Positions 1 through 13,695 of a stretch of DNA of 64,000 bases are shown one piece after another. The position numbers and the translations under genes were made by a program. This DNA is from Okamejei kenojei (lineage: Eukaryota). The stretch is taken from contig CM069163.1 in the NCBI GenBank assembly GCA_035221665.1, forward strand, positions 22,072,001 through 22,136,000, in the 5' to 3' direction. Numbering within the stretch: the first letter of the stretch is position 1; each line of letters opens with the position of its first letter. Below the pieces are notes generated by a model. That model searched no databases. It saw only the letters and a list, made by a program, of their open reading frames with translations, and was not told where the DNA came from.

Positions 1-1599
1 TCTTTTCCTATCACTTATGACCAGGGTTTCGGCATGAGGTATTGACATGTTGTGTTGAGGTTGGGAGAAATTTCTCCACTGAGGATGAGGTATTTGGAAT
101 TTTCTATCCCAGAATACTTTTGATAATATTCAGGACATAATGAGAATCAGGGGATGCAAGGATAGGGTTGGGAAATGCAGATTAGCCATCATTTTACAAA
201 ATGGTGGGGTTTATTCAAGGGACAAGATGGTTTATTTCTGTTTTAATATCAATAACCAGTTTAACATAATCCAACTGGCATTCTGCCCTTTGTTGAGCCA
301 CTGAATATGAGGAATATGATGGTCATGACCTTACCTTAATCAGACAACCACTTATAGATGTGCAGATCTGTGGATAGCATCACAAATTAGGAAACGTGAG
401 CACAGTGCATGTCCCTTTGGACATTGCCAACTATAATTGCAAGTGAAAATAGAACTTGCTGGATATACCCAGCTGATCAGACAGCATCAGTGGAGGGGGA
501 AATAATATATATTTCAGATCAGTGAGTGCATGAAAACTAGGAAAAGTCAGAATTCAAATTTGTCGAGAAGGTGGGAGGAACAAAGGCCCATAAAGGGGTC
601 GAGACCAAAAGACTGTGAATGACATGAGTGGTGGTGCATCCGACTGGGAGAGGTCAGGGAAGGCTAGTGAACAGCTAATTGGTCTGAAGATAGGAGGAGG
701 AAATAAATGAAATGAAATAATGGCGGAATTATAATACACAAAATACTGCAGTTTCGGGAAATTTGAAATTTAAAAAAAATGCAGGAAGTACTCAGATCAG
801 GCAAAGATTGTGGAAATAAACTTATATGGAAAGTTAGAACATCGGAACAGCCCTTCTGTCCACACTGTCCGCATTAAACCTTAAACTAATCTCCGTGCTT
901 GAATGTAATTCATACCCCGCCATTCTCTGTGCCAATCTCAAAATCTCTTAACTACCACTATTGTACCCGCCTCCACCATCATCCCCAGGTGTGCAACGAT
1001 ACAATTACGGTGCTTGCTGTCTGCAATTGTTGAATTCAGTTCAATGCTGATTCATGATAGTTCAAACATACTTGATCAAAAGGTGAGAAGATCTTCCTCG
1101 AGCTTAAATTGGGTTTTGTTAGCTCAATTGTAAAGGGGTCAGAGTGATATTGGGATGAAAAATTCAAACAACAGAAACTGAATGTTCATGATCACCCTTG
1201 GCGACTGAACAGAATGTTCTGCATTGGACTCGCCAATCTTTGGCTTCTACAATGTAAAGGAAACATCACATTGAGCACCTTAGCTTTTACCCTCTATTCG
1301 TGTTGTTGCTGGTGTGACACTCACCATGTTAATGGTTTCATTCCTTTTTGTCCATCAAATGCAACATCTAATCCGCTGGGTTTTCCCACCATTTGTTTTT
1401 AGCTCCGTTTTCCAGAAACTGCAGTATTCTGTGTCCCATAATCACAGCACGTTTCTCTCTCCGTGGATCTCATCCATGTTATTCTATTTACTTCTCCAGT
1501 TGGATCAGCTGTGATCATTTATCATACTGCAATGAGAAAAGATTGATTAATAATTTGGTAGTTAAAGGATCTTTGGGGAAGAGTGATCATAATATGATA

Positions 1600-2545
1600 T
1601 CTATCTACATTACTATAAAACTCTGATCTTGGATGTTTACTTGTGGGTTTGCTTGCAACTTTTTCTTTGATTCACATCTCCTCGAAACCCCGACACGGTA
1701 ACGGTAAAATGTTTACATATTCCGGTAAAATCCCCTCATCTGAATTTGATTCATTATTTCCCGGGTTTTTTACTAAAATTGTTCACCAATCTGACATTTT
1801 TTAAATCTAACGTGCTGAAGCGAGCTGGATGACGTCACAATGCCTCTGAACCTCGTGGCAAGCTGCTCAGAATTTTCCAGGAGTGACGTCACCACCCTCC
1901 CCCCACCCACCCCCCGGTTCTTCAAAAGACGCAGAAAGAACGAGCAAGTGGGCTCTGTTCTGCAGATTCCACCGGCTTCCGAAGGCGCTTCCAAGACTTT
2001 CCGAGCGCTTCAGAGGTCGACGCATGCTAGCCTCGTGAGAGCTGCCGATAGCTTTTTACTAGAGTCGGGCCCTGTACTGGAGGTCTCTCTCTCTCTCCCC
2101 GGGCTCTCTCCGCTTTTCGCAGCACCCTCACTCGCCCGGGTTCCCCTCCTCCTCTCCACCCCTCCCCCCTTCCTCCTTTCCCCCCTTCTCCCCGTCCTCC
2201 CTACCCCCTCCTCTCTCCCCCACTGCTCACTCCCCTCCCCTCTACCCACCTCTCTCCCTCCCCACCTCCTCCACCCCCTCTCCACCCCTCCCTTTCCGCC
2301 CTTTCTCTCCACTCCTCCCACCCTCCCGCTGTACTCTCTCTCCCTCCCCCCCTCTACTTTCTTTCCTCCCTTCCTCGCTCCCTCCTCTCCCCTCCCCCTC
2401 CTCTCTCTCCCTTCCCCCATTCCTCCCACCCTCCTCTCTACACCTCTTCTCTCTCCCCCTCCTCTCTCCCCCACTCTCCTCTCTCAACCCATCGCCCTCG
2501 CTCCCCCTCCTCTTTCCCCTCCCTTCCCCCCCTCTCCTCTCATCG
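1600..2545 (+). mobile_element. Non-autonomous Helitron-like element (5' part), inserted in a CR1 remnant
   Basis: Starts TCTATCTACATTACTATAAAACTCTGATCTTG; a similar start occurs at 45304; CR1 endonuclease motif LGKSDHNMI lies immediately upstream; no 3' CTAG end recognised. Confidence 0.5.
2083..2542 (+). repeat. C/T-rich low-complexity tract
   Basis: About 460 nt almost entirely pyrimidine on the + strand. Confidence 0.95.
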
Positions 2546-3210
2546 GACAAGGTACATGGAAGGCTGCTTTTGAGGGTCAAATCACATGGGAGCCAGGGAG
2601 AGCTAACCAAGTGGATAGAGATTTGGCTTCATGGAGGAAAGCAGGAAGTGATGATGGAAGATTGATTTCCTGACTGGAGGCCTATGATTAGTAAGATGCC
2701 TCTGGGAATCAGTGCTGGGCCATTTGCTGTTTGTGGTTTATATCGATAATTTAGATGAAAATGCACAAGGCATTATTAGTAAGTTTGTAGATCATGTCAA
2801 AAGTTACAGCAGGATCTTGTTCAGGCAAGGATTTTATTCCTTGGAGTGCTGGAGATTTAAGGGTGATCTTATAGAGGTGCATAAAATCATGAGGGGAATA
2901 AACTGGGTGAATGGACAGAGTATTTTACCCGGAGTTGGGGGATCACGAACCAGAGAACATAGGTTTAAGGAGGGAAGGGAAAGACTTAATAGCAACCTGA
3001 GGGGAAATTTTTCCCACACAGAGGGTTGTGGGTTTATGGAATAAGCTGCCAGATGAGGTAGTTGAGGAAACAACATTGAAAAGGCATTTGGACAAATACA
3101 TGAGTAGGAAAGTTAATCAAATACAGCAGGTGGCACTAGCATAGATGGGGCATCTTGGTTGGTTATGTGTAAGTTGGGCCGGAGGGGCTGTTTCCATACT
3201 GGATGACACT
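2545..3210 (+). mobile_element. CR1 LINE remnant (RT C-terminus and 3' UTR)
   Basis: LFVVYIDNLD...ISKFVD; YSLECWRFKGDLIEVHKIMRG. Confidence 0.85.
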
Positions 3211-3839
3211 AAGGTAGTTTTCTGTAAGATTGCGTCACAGGGCCAATGAGGAAACTTACCCTGGCCAATGTACAAGTCCAGTCCAATTCTATCTATATGA
3301 CACTTGCACAAGCATCCATCAATCTCTTCCCGCAGCTGTATTGACTCACTCCATGTCAACAGCTGTCTTGATTCTCAGTTCCACTTTACCCTTTCCCACA
3401 TCTATACTTTCAACAAAAGACATTTGTCCCTTCAGATATCAAAGGGGACATTCTTCAACAACTTCTGAATTCTAATATTCCTCCAGATTTTTCTCTCATT
3501 TCATTTTCCTCTGACCATTCTCTTTCCCTCTCAGTCCCACCCCTTGCTGCATTTTCATTATCCCTTCAATTCTTCACTGATTGTGAGCAATCCATCTGAG
3601 GTTGGCCGGAGGTCTTCTAACCTATTTGTCGCTAAACTTGCAGTGGCTGCTTCCTGAGAACCAACTAACAATTTCAAAACAGCTGACAGTCTGAACCAGC
3701 TGACAGTCTGAGGGTCTCAACCCGAATCGTCACCCATTCCTTCTCTCCAGAGATGCTGCCTGACCTGCTGGGTTACTCCAGCATTGTGACAAGGGGAGTG
3801 GTTTGACAAACTAACCTCTACCTCACAAAGCCAACTCTG

Positions 3840-5270
3840 ACACTTCCTCTTAATTTTTCTGGACCTTGCCTGACCATCAGACCTTCATCTGCCTGGTCCC
3901 TGAGCTAATGTTCTCAGATATTCTCTCTACAACCCCCAGCTTTGAAGTCCCTCATCTTTACACAGCCTATTTCTACCTCCTCCCCAAATGCAGAAGTAGG
4001 ATTGTCCCGGTAGACCCATTGTTTCAAAATGGTTCTTGTCCTACTGAACTTATTTCCTCTTAGCTTGACGCCATTCCTTCTTTCTGGTTCAGTCCTTTCC
4101 CACTTCCATCCATGATATGTCTGGTGTCCTCCACCACTCTAACAGTTTTCTCTTTTCTCATAAGGTATTCATAAATGTCATTACTTCTGTCATTTATCAC
4201 ACTACATCTGAGAAGGATTTCATTCTGTTCACCCAGTTTCTCAGGCTCTGTCATATCTGTATGATGACAAGATTTTCCACACATGAAATCGATGATGTTA
4301 TTCTAGTTTCTTCTTTCCATAGATGGTAGGGATCTCAATCGCATCTCCCCCATCTCTCACACTTCTGTTCTCTGCCACAGCTCCCACCCCGGAATATCTA
4401 ACATTGCCTTTGTCCTTATCTTCCACCCGTCCACATTCAACATATCATCCTCTAATTTCTGTCAACAAGATTCCACCACCAGAAACATTTTCTCCTCCCA
4501 ACATTCAAGAGGAACTGTTCCTTCCGTGACTACCTGGTTGCTCTTTCATTTCCACAAATAATCGCATTACCACACCACCTTCCCATGAATCTGCACTTAC
4601 CCTTGTACCTCTTCCAGGGGACCAAATAGTTCTTGAAGCGAAGCAATAGTTCATTTGCTCTTCTTCCAATTTAACCATCCATTCAATGCTCACAGTTTGG
4701 TGTCCTCGATGATGGAGAAACCAATTATAGGCTGGATAACAGTTTTGCTGAACATGTTTCTCCCGTTTACAAGGGACCCCCTCATCTTCTAGTTGCTTGT
4801 CAATTTAATTCTCCATCCAACTCCCCAATACTTTTTCAATGAAGCCCAACAGAAGCCTAGGGACAGCACCTCATCTTCCATCTAGGCATGTTGCAGCCCA
4901 TTTGACTTAATATTACATTTCAAATTTTCAGAGAGTCAGCCCAATTCATCCATGCTGACACATAACTTGCCCTTTTCATGGAGAGTCTTGCACACAAGTT
5001 TGTGTTATTTTGTTTTTTTACCCTCATCAATCATTTCCCCCATTAATGTACCAATAAGACACCTGAAACTATTGTGACTGGACAATCTTGTCTCCACCTT
5101 TCAGGGACATTCCCTTAGTTCTTTTCACTCCTCCTCCTCTCTGTAACTTGAAACACCTGTTTCTCACGTCTTTCAGTCTGATGAAGGGTCGCTGACCCAA
5201 TTACTATCTCTCTTTCTATCACCAGAGATGCTCCCTGACCTGTTGAGCTTTTCCATTATTTTCTATTTTT
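3840..5270 (+). mobile_element. Degenerate Penelope-like element (RT/GIY-YIG region and 3' end)
   Basis: Decayed FTC-SSNL..I.CS...GET..L...FAEH pattern near 4650-4755; decayed CTGATGA core at 5178. Confidence 0.65.
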
Positions 5271-7248
5271 AATTATACTTGCTTGAATCCTAATGCCACC
5301 TTTGAGATTCAGAGATGGGAAAATAAGTTTCGCAGAACAGAATAGCGGGAAGATGTGTAATCAGCAGGATCGATCAAATGGTAAAGGGATCATCATCTGA
5401 GGCAAAAAAAGGTGGTAATGGAGCAAGTAAGGACGTACAAGATGGGTTTGGATCAGGCTCAAGTGGTTATAACCAAATGGTGACAATTCTTTCCCCCCCC
5501 CCCCCCCCCCCCCCCCCCCCCATAGATGCTGCTTGGCCCACTGAGTTCCTTCAACAGCTTGTTTTTTTCCCTCCAGTATCCAGCATCTGCAGTCTCCTGT
5601 ATTTCCAAGTTACCAGCACCTGCTTCCTAAAAGATGGAGCAGTGGTATAATCTGAAATTGTTGAGTCACATGTACCTTAACCAGTAAATGTGACAATAAA
5701 CTGACCTCGAAACATTGAAATGCTCTGAAGAAAATGCGCAATCGAAGTACAGGTTGCTCCGCCTTAAACGTTCAAGTTTAAAACAAACAGCATAGTCTTG
5801 TTCGGTAGCCCCTTGCGATTTAGGATTGGCATGTTTCAACTTCATTTTTGCAGGTCCCAAAGTGATTGGTGAGGTCAGTGTGAGAAATGACCGACAAAGA
5901 TGTAGCATAAAGTGGCCGGTACGCCTCTTCTACTATTTCCGATGAGTTTCTATGCTCTCGATTAACTGAACTTTGAGGTTCTCAATAAAATCCCAACTTT
6001 GAGCAGTGAGGTGCCAGGGATTCCCCGGCCAGTGGAATGTAACACTTTTTCCAAGGAGGTTTTGAGCACATCCTTGAATCACTCCCATTTTTGCTCGGTA
6101 ATCTCTTTCTATGGCAGGACTCTAATGAACAGGCCATTCTCTCCATCTCAACCATTGCTCTCTATCTCCCAATTCCCTTAATTTTAAACTTGAATTCAAT
6201 CTTAAATTAAAAGACAATATCTGATCATTTTATTTCTGCTGCTCAAGAGGTTGTGCACAAATATGCAACAAAGAAATTCATTGTTCTGTTTCAGGACATA
6301 TGGCAATAACACTCTGGACTCTAAACTACATTACATTTCACTGCACCTTATGGTGCATGTGACAAATACATTTGAACTTGCCCCATTTCCTATGTTAGTA
6401 TAACGATTCAAATTCAAAATACTTTGTAGGTTAGAAAGTCCTTTTAGGCCTAAGGGAGGTTTGGAAAGTTGCTGCAGCAAAGCAAGACTTGGGATTTTAT
6501 TTCTCTTCACTCATAAATAACATGCACTGTAAGTACTTAAGAAAGGTCGTCCTATTGAACAGCATGTCAATTAACAGATTCTTTAACAAATGTCAGAGAA
6601 TACATGACATCTAATTTGCAGCAATCAACCACATTCTGCGAGAATGTGACTCACAGATGAAGCGGTGCAAACTGATATGAGTTTCACATCCTTGTAATGC
6701 AAGAGGCAAGCTTGTAAAAGGTGTTGGACAGAACAGACAGTAACATTCTCAACCACCTTCAAACTAATTTAACACCACTGTCCAACAGATTCTATCTTGG
6801 AATAGCATACTTCCTGATTCCGTGCCCACAAGATCTTGTTCCATCAGCAAGTTTCACATCAAGCTATTGGCCTTCACAGATTAATTATATGGCTCTATTT
6901 TTTGCAATAATGTCATTCTTAGTGCTTTTTCGTGGGCTGTCTGTCCTCTTGCATTCATTCATATTGTGCTTTTAATGTAGTAAAACATCCTAAAACATTT
7001 CACAGGAGCATTGTCGAACAAAATTTGGCAGTCACATAAGGAAAGAAGTAAAATACATTTTTACTACTATCTACTGAGGCTGTCAGTGGGGAAAAAACGT
7101 CAAGGGAAGTAACCTAAACCTTAGTCAAAAGATTAAAAAAATGAAAATGGTGGAAATACTCAGCATCTGTGGGAATAGAAACAGTCAACGTTTCAGGTCG
7201 AATTCCTTTAATCAAAATTGAAAAGACAGAAGACACTTGCAAAGTTCG

Positions 7249-8111
7249 AGTGGGGGCGCCGTCGAGTATGGCTGCCCAGCCTGCAGCTGTCCGTCCTTTC
7301 ACCCTTTTTTATTTTGTATCATGTTAAAAGTTTGTTTTTGGAGGTCTAATCTTTTTTATGTGGGGGGGGGGGGGGGGGGGGGGGGGGGGAGAATGGAAAC
7401 TGTATTTCTCGGTCCCTACCTGGTCGGAGTTGCGGCTTTTCTCCGAGCCATATCTTCGCCCCTTCCTCGCGGCCTACCACCTGGACTGGAGCGGCGTATC
7501 CTGCCGGGACCGGCCAGAATCTTCAGCTTCGGCGGCGGCGCAGCGCTGAAGCACCATCACGGAGCGGGCGATGCCTTACCCCGGGTCGCCGTGGGGTAAG
7601 CTCCGGAGTGCTTAGACCACCGACTCCAACATCACGGAGCAGTGGAGTCTGCGGAGCATCCAGCCGCGGTGTCGCTGAAGTTTAAACACGGCGGAGCATG
7701 GGATCTCTCGCAGAGATCGGCAGTGTCGGAGCTCCAACCAGCACGGCCTGTGGACTTCAGGAGCCGCGGTCTCTGGCAGCAAGCGGCCGTTCCAGACACT
7801 CCAAGCCGCTGAAGAGAGTCCTCAAGATGCCGGAGCCTCATCATCCGGCGAGAGGGCCTGAAACATCGGGCCGCTGTTGCGGCAACTGCGGAGGCCTCAA
7901 ATAGGCCCCGACTACGGGGTGAATAAGAATGGACTGGACTTTGTTGCCCTCCCTCACAGTGGAAACCATTGTGTGGGGTGTTTTAATGTTTTATGTTAAA
8001 TTCTTCTTTAATGTGGTGCCTTACTTTTATTGGTGTGCTGCAAATGGCAACTCAAATTTCACTCCACCAGAAATGGTGTATGTGACAATAAATGTCCTTT
8101 GTCCTTTGTCC
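7249..8111 (+). mobile_element. GC-rich non-autonomous retroelement with LINE-type 3' tail
   Basis: Ends in hairpin + TGACAATAAA + (TGTCCTT)n; same architecture as 59682-60522. Confidence 0.65.
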
Positions 8112-9181
8112 AAAGATGCAGGAATTGGGACAAGCTGTAAACAAGGTCTTCTGGTGAATGAGTGAACAGGGGCAGTTTGTTGAGAAACTTAAGACAAAAG
8201 AACCTGGACACAAAATGTAGGAGTTGCTAAATGCAGAGCAAGAGGGTAAGTCAAGCAAGGCAGGCCAGGCATGTCATCTACTCAAGAGTGGAAAAAAAAA
8301 AGTGAGCCAACAATACACATGGATGACTGACAGACTGAGAACTCCAAGAAGTACCTTGAGGAACAGCACCTCTCCTTTCATCACCTAGGCAGGTCGCTGC
8401 CTTCTGGATTCAATATTGAAGTCTCCAACTTCAGGCTAGTTGATTTTTCCTTTTCAGTTCTAATGAAGAGGTTCCAACCTGAAGTGTTAACTGTTTAACT
8501 CCCCACAGATACTGCCTGATCTACTAAGCATTTTTTGTTTAAGTTTCCAGTATCTGCAGTTCTTTTCCCCCAACTTTAATTTATGTTGCTGGTGTGTGGC
8601 AATTCAGATTGAAATGTTGAAAGATTCTGCTTGGAAACAAGCCCTTCAGCCTGGGTGTCTGGAGCTGAGGCAGCAGCTCTACCATCTGCACCATTGTGCC
8701 GCCCTTCTGAATTTACAAGGAGCTTTACACCAGAGTATCCTAAATAGATTTTTTACACTTAAACATAACTATGCATCCCTTCTTAGAACTTTATTCGCCA
8801 CATCATTCTTAGAGATCTTGCATCCAAATTTGAAAACGTAACCTCTAATTAAATTCACATTCTTCCCGCTATTGAGGGCGCATTGCCGATACTCACATTT
8901 CTGAAGCTGAACATTGCAATATCTCCACAAAAGTTGTTGGGAAAAGTGATAATGGATGCAGTTTCATCAAAATATACATCTGAGGGAAAAAATGGAACAT
9001 TGTGACTGTGAAAGACTTAAAAGAAGCATCTTGGCAACAGAGTGAAGAATTAGGCCAACATTTAAAATAATTTTATTTGACAAAATACAGCATTGACATC
9101 ATGTGATATTGATATTTCCTGAAGATAAAACCATTTTATCTTGTACTGCACAGTAACCATTGACTTAAAATGGCTTGCATT

Positions 9182-9187
9182 TTTATT
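9182..9187 (-). terminator. Polyadenylation signal AATAAA (a second one at 9072-9077)
   Basis: Plus-strand tttatt about 115 nt downstream of the predicted stop. Confidence 0.55.
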
Positions 9188-9302
9188 CACTGTAAACCAT
9201 GGTATCTCTTGGCATACTCAATTACATTTTCTATATGTATATTTTTATATTTAGAGTAGATATTATATTTACAAACAAAAACAATGTAAAGCTGCATTAA
9301 AT

Positions 9303-9330
9303 TCAGCCGCTCCATCCTCTGGTGAAGGAC
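9303..9330 (-). CDS. NUP214: Probable NUP214 terminal coding exon (~36)
   Basis: tgtctctgcatgcAG acceptor, phase 2, (Q)SFTRGWSG-stop, compare human ...FGGWRS; followed by AT-rich UTR with AATAAA. Confidence 0.7.
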
Positions 9331-10656
9331 CTGCATGCAGAGACACAGTATCGAGGCAGAATTAAACAAATTTGATCATAACATCAGACATCAACGAGAA
9401 GCTTAACAATGGACTCAAATTAGTTATTCATTCATGCGGCAGTGATATTTCAATGATTTTATGAAAATAATTATTTCATAACCCTGATGTTATTTTTAAT
9501 GTTTTAGATCACAAACATCATTTTTGAAACTCCCAAGCCTATTTCATGCTGTTTATTTCTTGTGAAACTTTCTACAGTAATGTGTGATATCTCATTTCGG
9601 AGTAAACTGGCTTCAGTTACATGGAAAGATGAGATAAACTGCTGATGTTCTTCATGGAACAGATACAGCAAATGAGATTTTATAAAGGTGTTCAAAGTTG
9701 CAAGGATTTTTGGAGGAAGGCAGGCGGAATGAAAGATAGCATCAACCATCTGGTGTATAGAATCAAACATAGTTCCCAGTCAAAGAAATCAATATCAAGC
9801 CTGCCCAACATCCAGTCAAGTAGTCACTTGGGAGAGGCAAAGGATAATGAGGGTAATGGGGATGAGCTAGCAAGAGGGTAGGAAGATTCATGTCCTTTTA
9901 AGAATAACACTCAAGAAATTCCAAATCAAGCATCCCAAAGTAATCAGTGGCAGTTTATGAAAATCAGCCAACACATTTTTGTAATCAAGTCCCTCTCCGG
10001 TGAAAACTCCAGAATGATATTCACCCACAGCACAGGAGTCCTGCACTGTCAGTAGTGTTAGCGAAAATGAGTTGGTCAACATGGACTTGGTGGGGCAAAT
10101 GGCCCTTCTGGATGATATATCTCCCTATCTAAGGGTTTCCTAAATTTGGTAGATGGTAAATACTGTATAACATTGAAAGGGCACACCAGAATCCCAGTAA
10201 CTTCATGTACATATTGTTGTAAAACCTTAGCTCTGTGGAAGCACATAGTTCAATTTTAATATTACTTCCCTTTTATAAAGCTCACTCACTTTCAGAAAAC
10301 ATTGAACAAAGTTGGCAAAAACAAACGATGGTGTTTTATTTCATTTGACAGTCACAATGTACTGCATTTTGGTGATCCAATAAATTATGCCTCTCCTAGT
10401 TTACTCCTTAAATTCTTCACTGGAAGGACAGTGGACCTTTGGTATTAATTAGTTGTAAGGAACTTAGCTGAAGAAAATTAGCTGTGATATTTCCACAACT
10501 TCCAAAATATGATAGCATTTCTTTCATTTTGTCATATCCATGACAAAGCAGGAAGCTGCAATTTAAAAAAAAAAAATCCAGTTACAATGAATAATTTTGA
10601 ATGGAGTACATTCCATTTTATAATGGAGGTGTTTAATAGAGGCCCCGACGACATCT

Positions 10657-10960
10657 TAGTTTAGAGTTTAGAGATGCAGCATGGAAACAGGCTCCATGGA
10701 TCAGAGTCCACACCAGCCATCGATTACCCATTCACACGGGCTGTTATCCCACTTTCTCATCCACTTCCTACACAATGTGGGAAATTTGCAGGGACCATAT
10801 AAGCTACAAACCTGCACGCCTTTGGGATGTAGGAGGAAACTGAAGGAAATCCACGCAGTCACAGGGTGAACATTTAAACGCCACAGCCAGCACCCGAGGT
10901 CAGGATCAAACCAGGGTCACTGTTGCTGTTGGGCAGCAGCGCCACCAGCTGTGTCAGCCC
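10657..10960 (-). mobile_element. tRNA-derived V-type SINE
   Basis: tRNA-like head, V-domain-like core, CR1-like tail GCCTGTTTCCATGCTG + (CTAAA)n. Confidence 0.75.
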
Positions 10961-13431
10961 TGCTAAACAGTTTGCTTTTGTCTTGCTACAAATATTTCCT
11001 GCTACTTTATACTGTTTTTATCTGGAAAGGCATTTTTACCAAACCAAATTACTGATTTTCTGTCAATCTATCACACATCAGTTCTGACTGCATGATACAA
11101 TTGAAGCACCGTGCACCATAGAATGTGCAAAAGGTTTTCAAAAATTAAGTTTGAACGGATGTTATGTTTATATTATCATGTTATTATTATGCATACAATA
11201 TATTCTGACGATGATCTATTGGGACGATACAAAGTCAGTCTTTTGAGACAATATAGAGGAAGAGCAACAGCCACGCAGATCTTATATTATTTGATATACA
11301 CAATGAGCTATATAATTTAATTAATTTATGCATATCTTTTGATTTGCTGCCAAGATCTCCCAGTGGGGGCATCATCAATTATTTTATATTCTTTGGTATC
11401 AGGGCATCTTCATAGTCAGCATTTATTGCCCACTCCCAATTCCCATTGGTAAAGTGATGATAAGCCGCTGCCTTTAACGGCTGCAGTCCTTCAGGTAAAG
11501 ATATTCCCACAGTCCTGTTGGGCAGGGAGTTCCCAGCCATGATGAAGGATCCCAGTCTGGATGATGCAGACTTGGAGAATGTGTGCATGATGATGTTCCC
11601 ATGCACCTGCAGCCTTCAGCCTCTGGATGGCAGAAGTCATAAAGCTGCAAGTTGTTTTTGAAGTGTAATGCCTTTCATAAATGATACAAACTGCAACCAC
11701 ACCACATAATTTGTGAAGGGAGTTATTAAAGGGTACCAATCAATCAGGCAACTGAATGGGATTGAGCTTCTTGAGAGTTGTTGACATTCATTCATGAAGG
11801 CAATTGGAGACTATTCCATTGCACTTCAGCCTTGTAAATTGTGGAAGGACTTTAAATGTGAGGAGGTGATTTCCCTGTTACAGGATACCCAGCATCTGAC
11901 CTGTTGTACCAAAATACATTATAGAGTTGACCATATTTTTCAGAATCAGGCCCTTTGATCTAACTAGGGCACGAGACCGCAGATGTTAGAAGGAATCTCT
12001 CCTCAACTGTACCAACCTATCGCTAGGCTGCTCACACTTCATTCCTTCCCCTTTAAAGCGGCTACTTCCTGTCAACTCCAAGTCCAGATGAAGGATCTTG
12101 ATCCTCAACGTTAACTGACCATTTCCCTCTAGAGATTGTGCCTGACCCGCTGTTTCTCCAGGTGCTCTCCTTTTTATGGGTATGAGCATTCTCCAACCTC
12201 ATATCATCCTCCAACACAATAAATACGATGAATCCCGGAGGAAAGGTTAATGGGAAGAATAAAGTCACCAGCTGCAATATCGCAGAATTACTGAACTTAT
12301 CAGAATCACGGTGAGAGGGAACATAACAATATTGATTTTACCAAAATGCAAAAATAAATATTTGAATTATAAATCTCAGCACTGAGTTATGAAAGGGCAA
12401 ATGTAATTGCTTGATTTGCATTACAATACACACATCTCAGTTCTATGTACTGGTTCAACGCGGCTAGATCTGATTACTTGGTTTAGGTAAAACATACCAG
12501 TGTGCATCAAGCCAAAGGGAATTGATCCCATTGTATAAGGCATTGTATTAACTACTATACAAAGCAGATGGCCCATGGCAGTTGATCACTGTGAGAGTAA
12601 GTCATTGGAACCAAGTGATAAATAGAATTACAGCGTTAAAAATTAAGTGCAATAAAATATAGATCCAAAGACTGTTATAATAATGTAATTAAAATATTGG
12701 TGGGATTCCTTGCCACTTGCACCAAAACTGGTAAAGCAATTTTAATATCAATTTTAAATTGACTTTGGCTATTTTACTTCACACCCACACTGCTACAGTG
12801 GAAGCTACCAACTTTAAATCAATTTAGTAGCACTTGGTTAATGGATTAAATCACAAGATCCAAATAGCTGCCGTTGTTTGAAAGAAATACCTGCCATCTC
12901 AAACAAAGCAAAATTACTTGGACAAAGGGCAGCAGAGTTCTGATGTGAAAAAAATCTGCTATTCAAACGGACAAGAGAAAAATCATACTCAATTCTAAAT
13001 GATAACCATACAATCAAAATCAAAATGGACATGAATAATAGATACATCCAATCAAAACTTTGAAAGAAAATGTACTCAAGTGTTTATTTATTCAGATGTT
13101 AACACCCTGGAGATTTAAATACAAGAAAATGATATTAATTATATTAAGTGTTTAGCCTTCCATCTGTTCATAGTTTGTATAATAAAGTAGGTTCCTCAGC
13201 TGATTAATTCTTTATTGCATTTGTTACAACGAAACAATCCTCTTACAGCAAAATAACAGATACGCAGCTCATCAAAAACAAGTCAAAGCATCTGATGTAA
13301 AACTGGGCAAAATGTCTTTTAGCCCGTAAAGGCTTGGTCATATTTTGTTTTGTAGGTCCAGCTTGTTCGTATGTTAAATCGATCCAGGTTCTGGTATCAG
13401 TTAGAAATGACCTTTCAGCCTCATTACTTAC

Positions 13432-13462
13432 TGATCTGTGGGTCCAAAACCACTTCCAAACC
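13432..13462 (-). CDS. NUP214: NUP214 31-nt penultimate exon (~35)
   Basis: ttatttttcAG / GTAAGT; GFGSGFGPTD; phase 1-2. Confidence 0.85.
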
Positions 13463-13695
13463 CTGAAAAATAATGAAACATATAAGAAATTAGTCTTGTC
13501 TTGAACATTTTTATCCAATCACTCAGATGCAAAAGGAAGAAAAGCTTGTATTTTGAGATCACTTTTCGCAATCTTTGGATATCCAGAAAAGTTTTACAAG
13601 TGTGAACAATTTCATTGCAGGAAAACACAACAGTCACCAGGCACATATGCTCGCACAAGCAATCAACAGTCAAATAAATAATTTGGTATCATCCA

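Noticed and set aside
1840-2673. 277-aa Pro/Leu/Ser ORF and the Gly/Arg/Glu ORFs opposite it
   Set aside because: By-products of the C/T low-complexity tract.
5660-5995. CpG-retaining unique segment with a possible plus-strand acceptor; considered as part of a neighbouring gene such as FAM78A
   Set aside because: No recognisable protein similarity or supportable exon chain.
7362-7389. Long G/C homopolymers (also 5493-5521 and 42604-42640)
   Set aside because: Lengths are unreliable in assemblies, and the poly-Gly/Pro ORFs they create are not meaningful.
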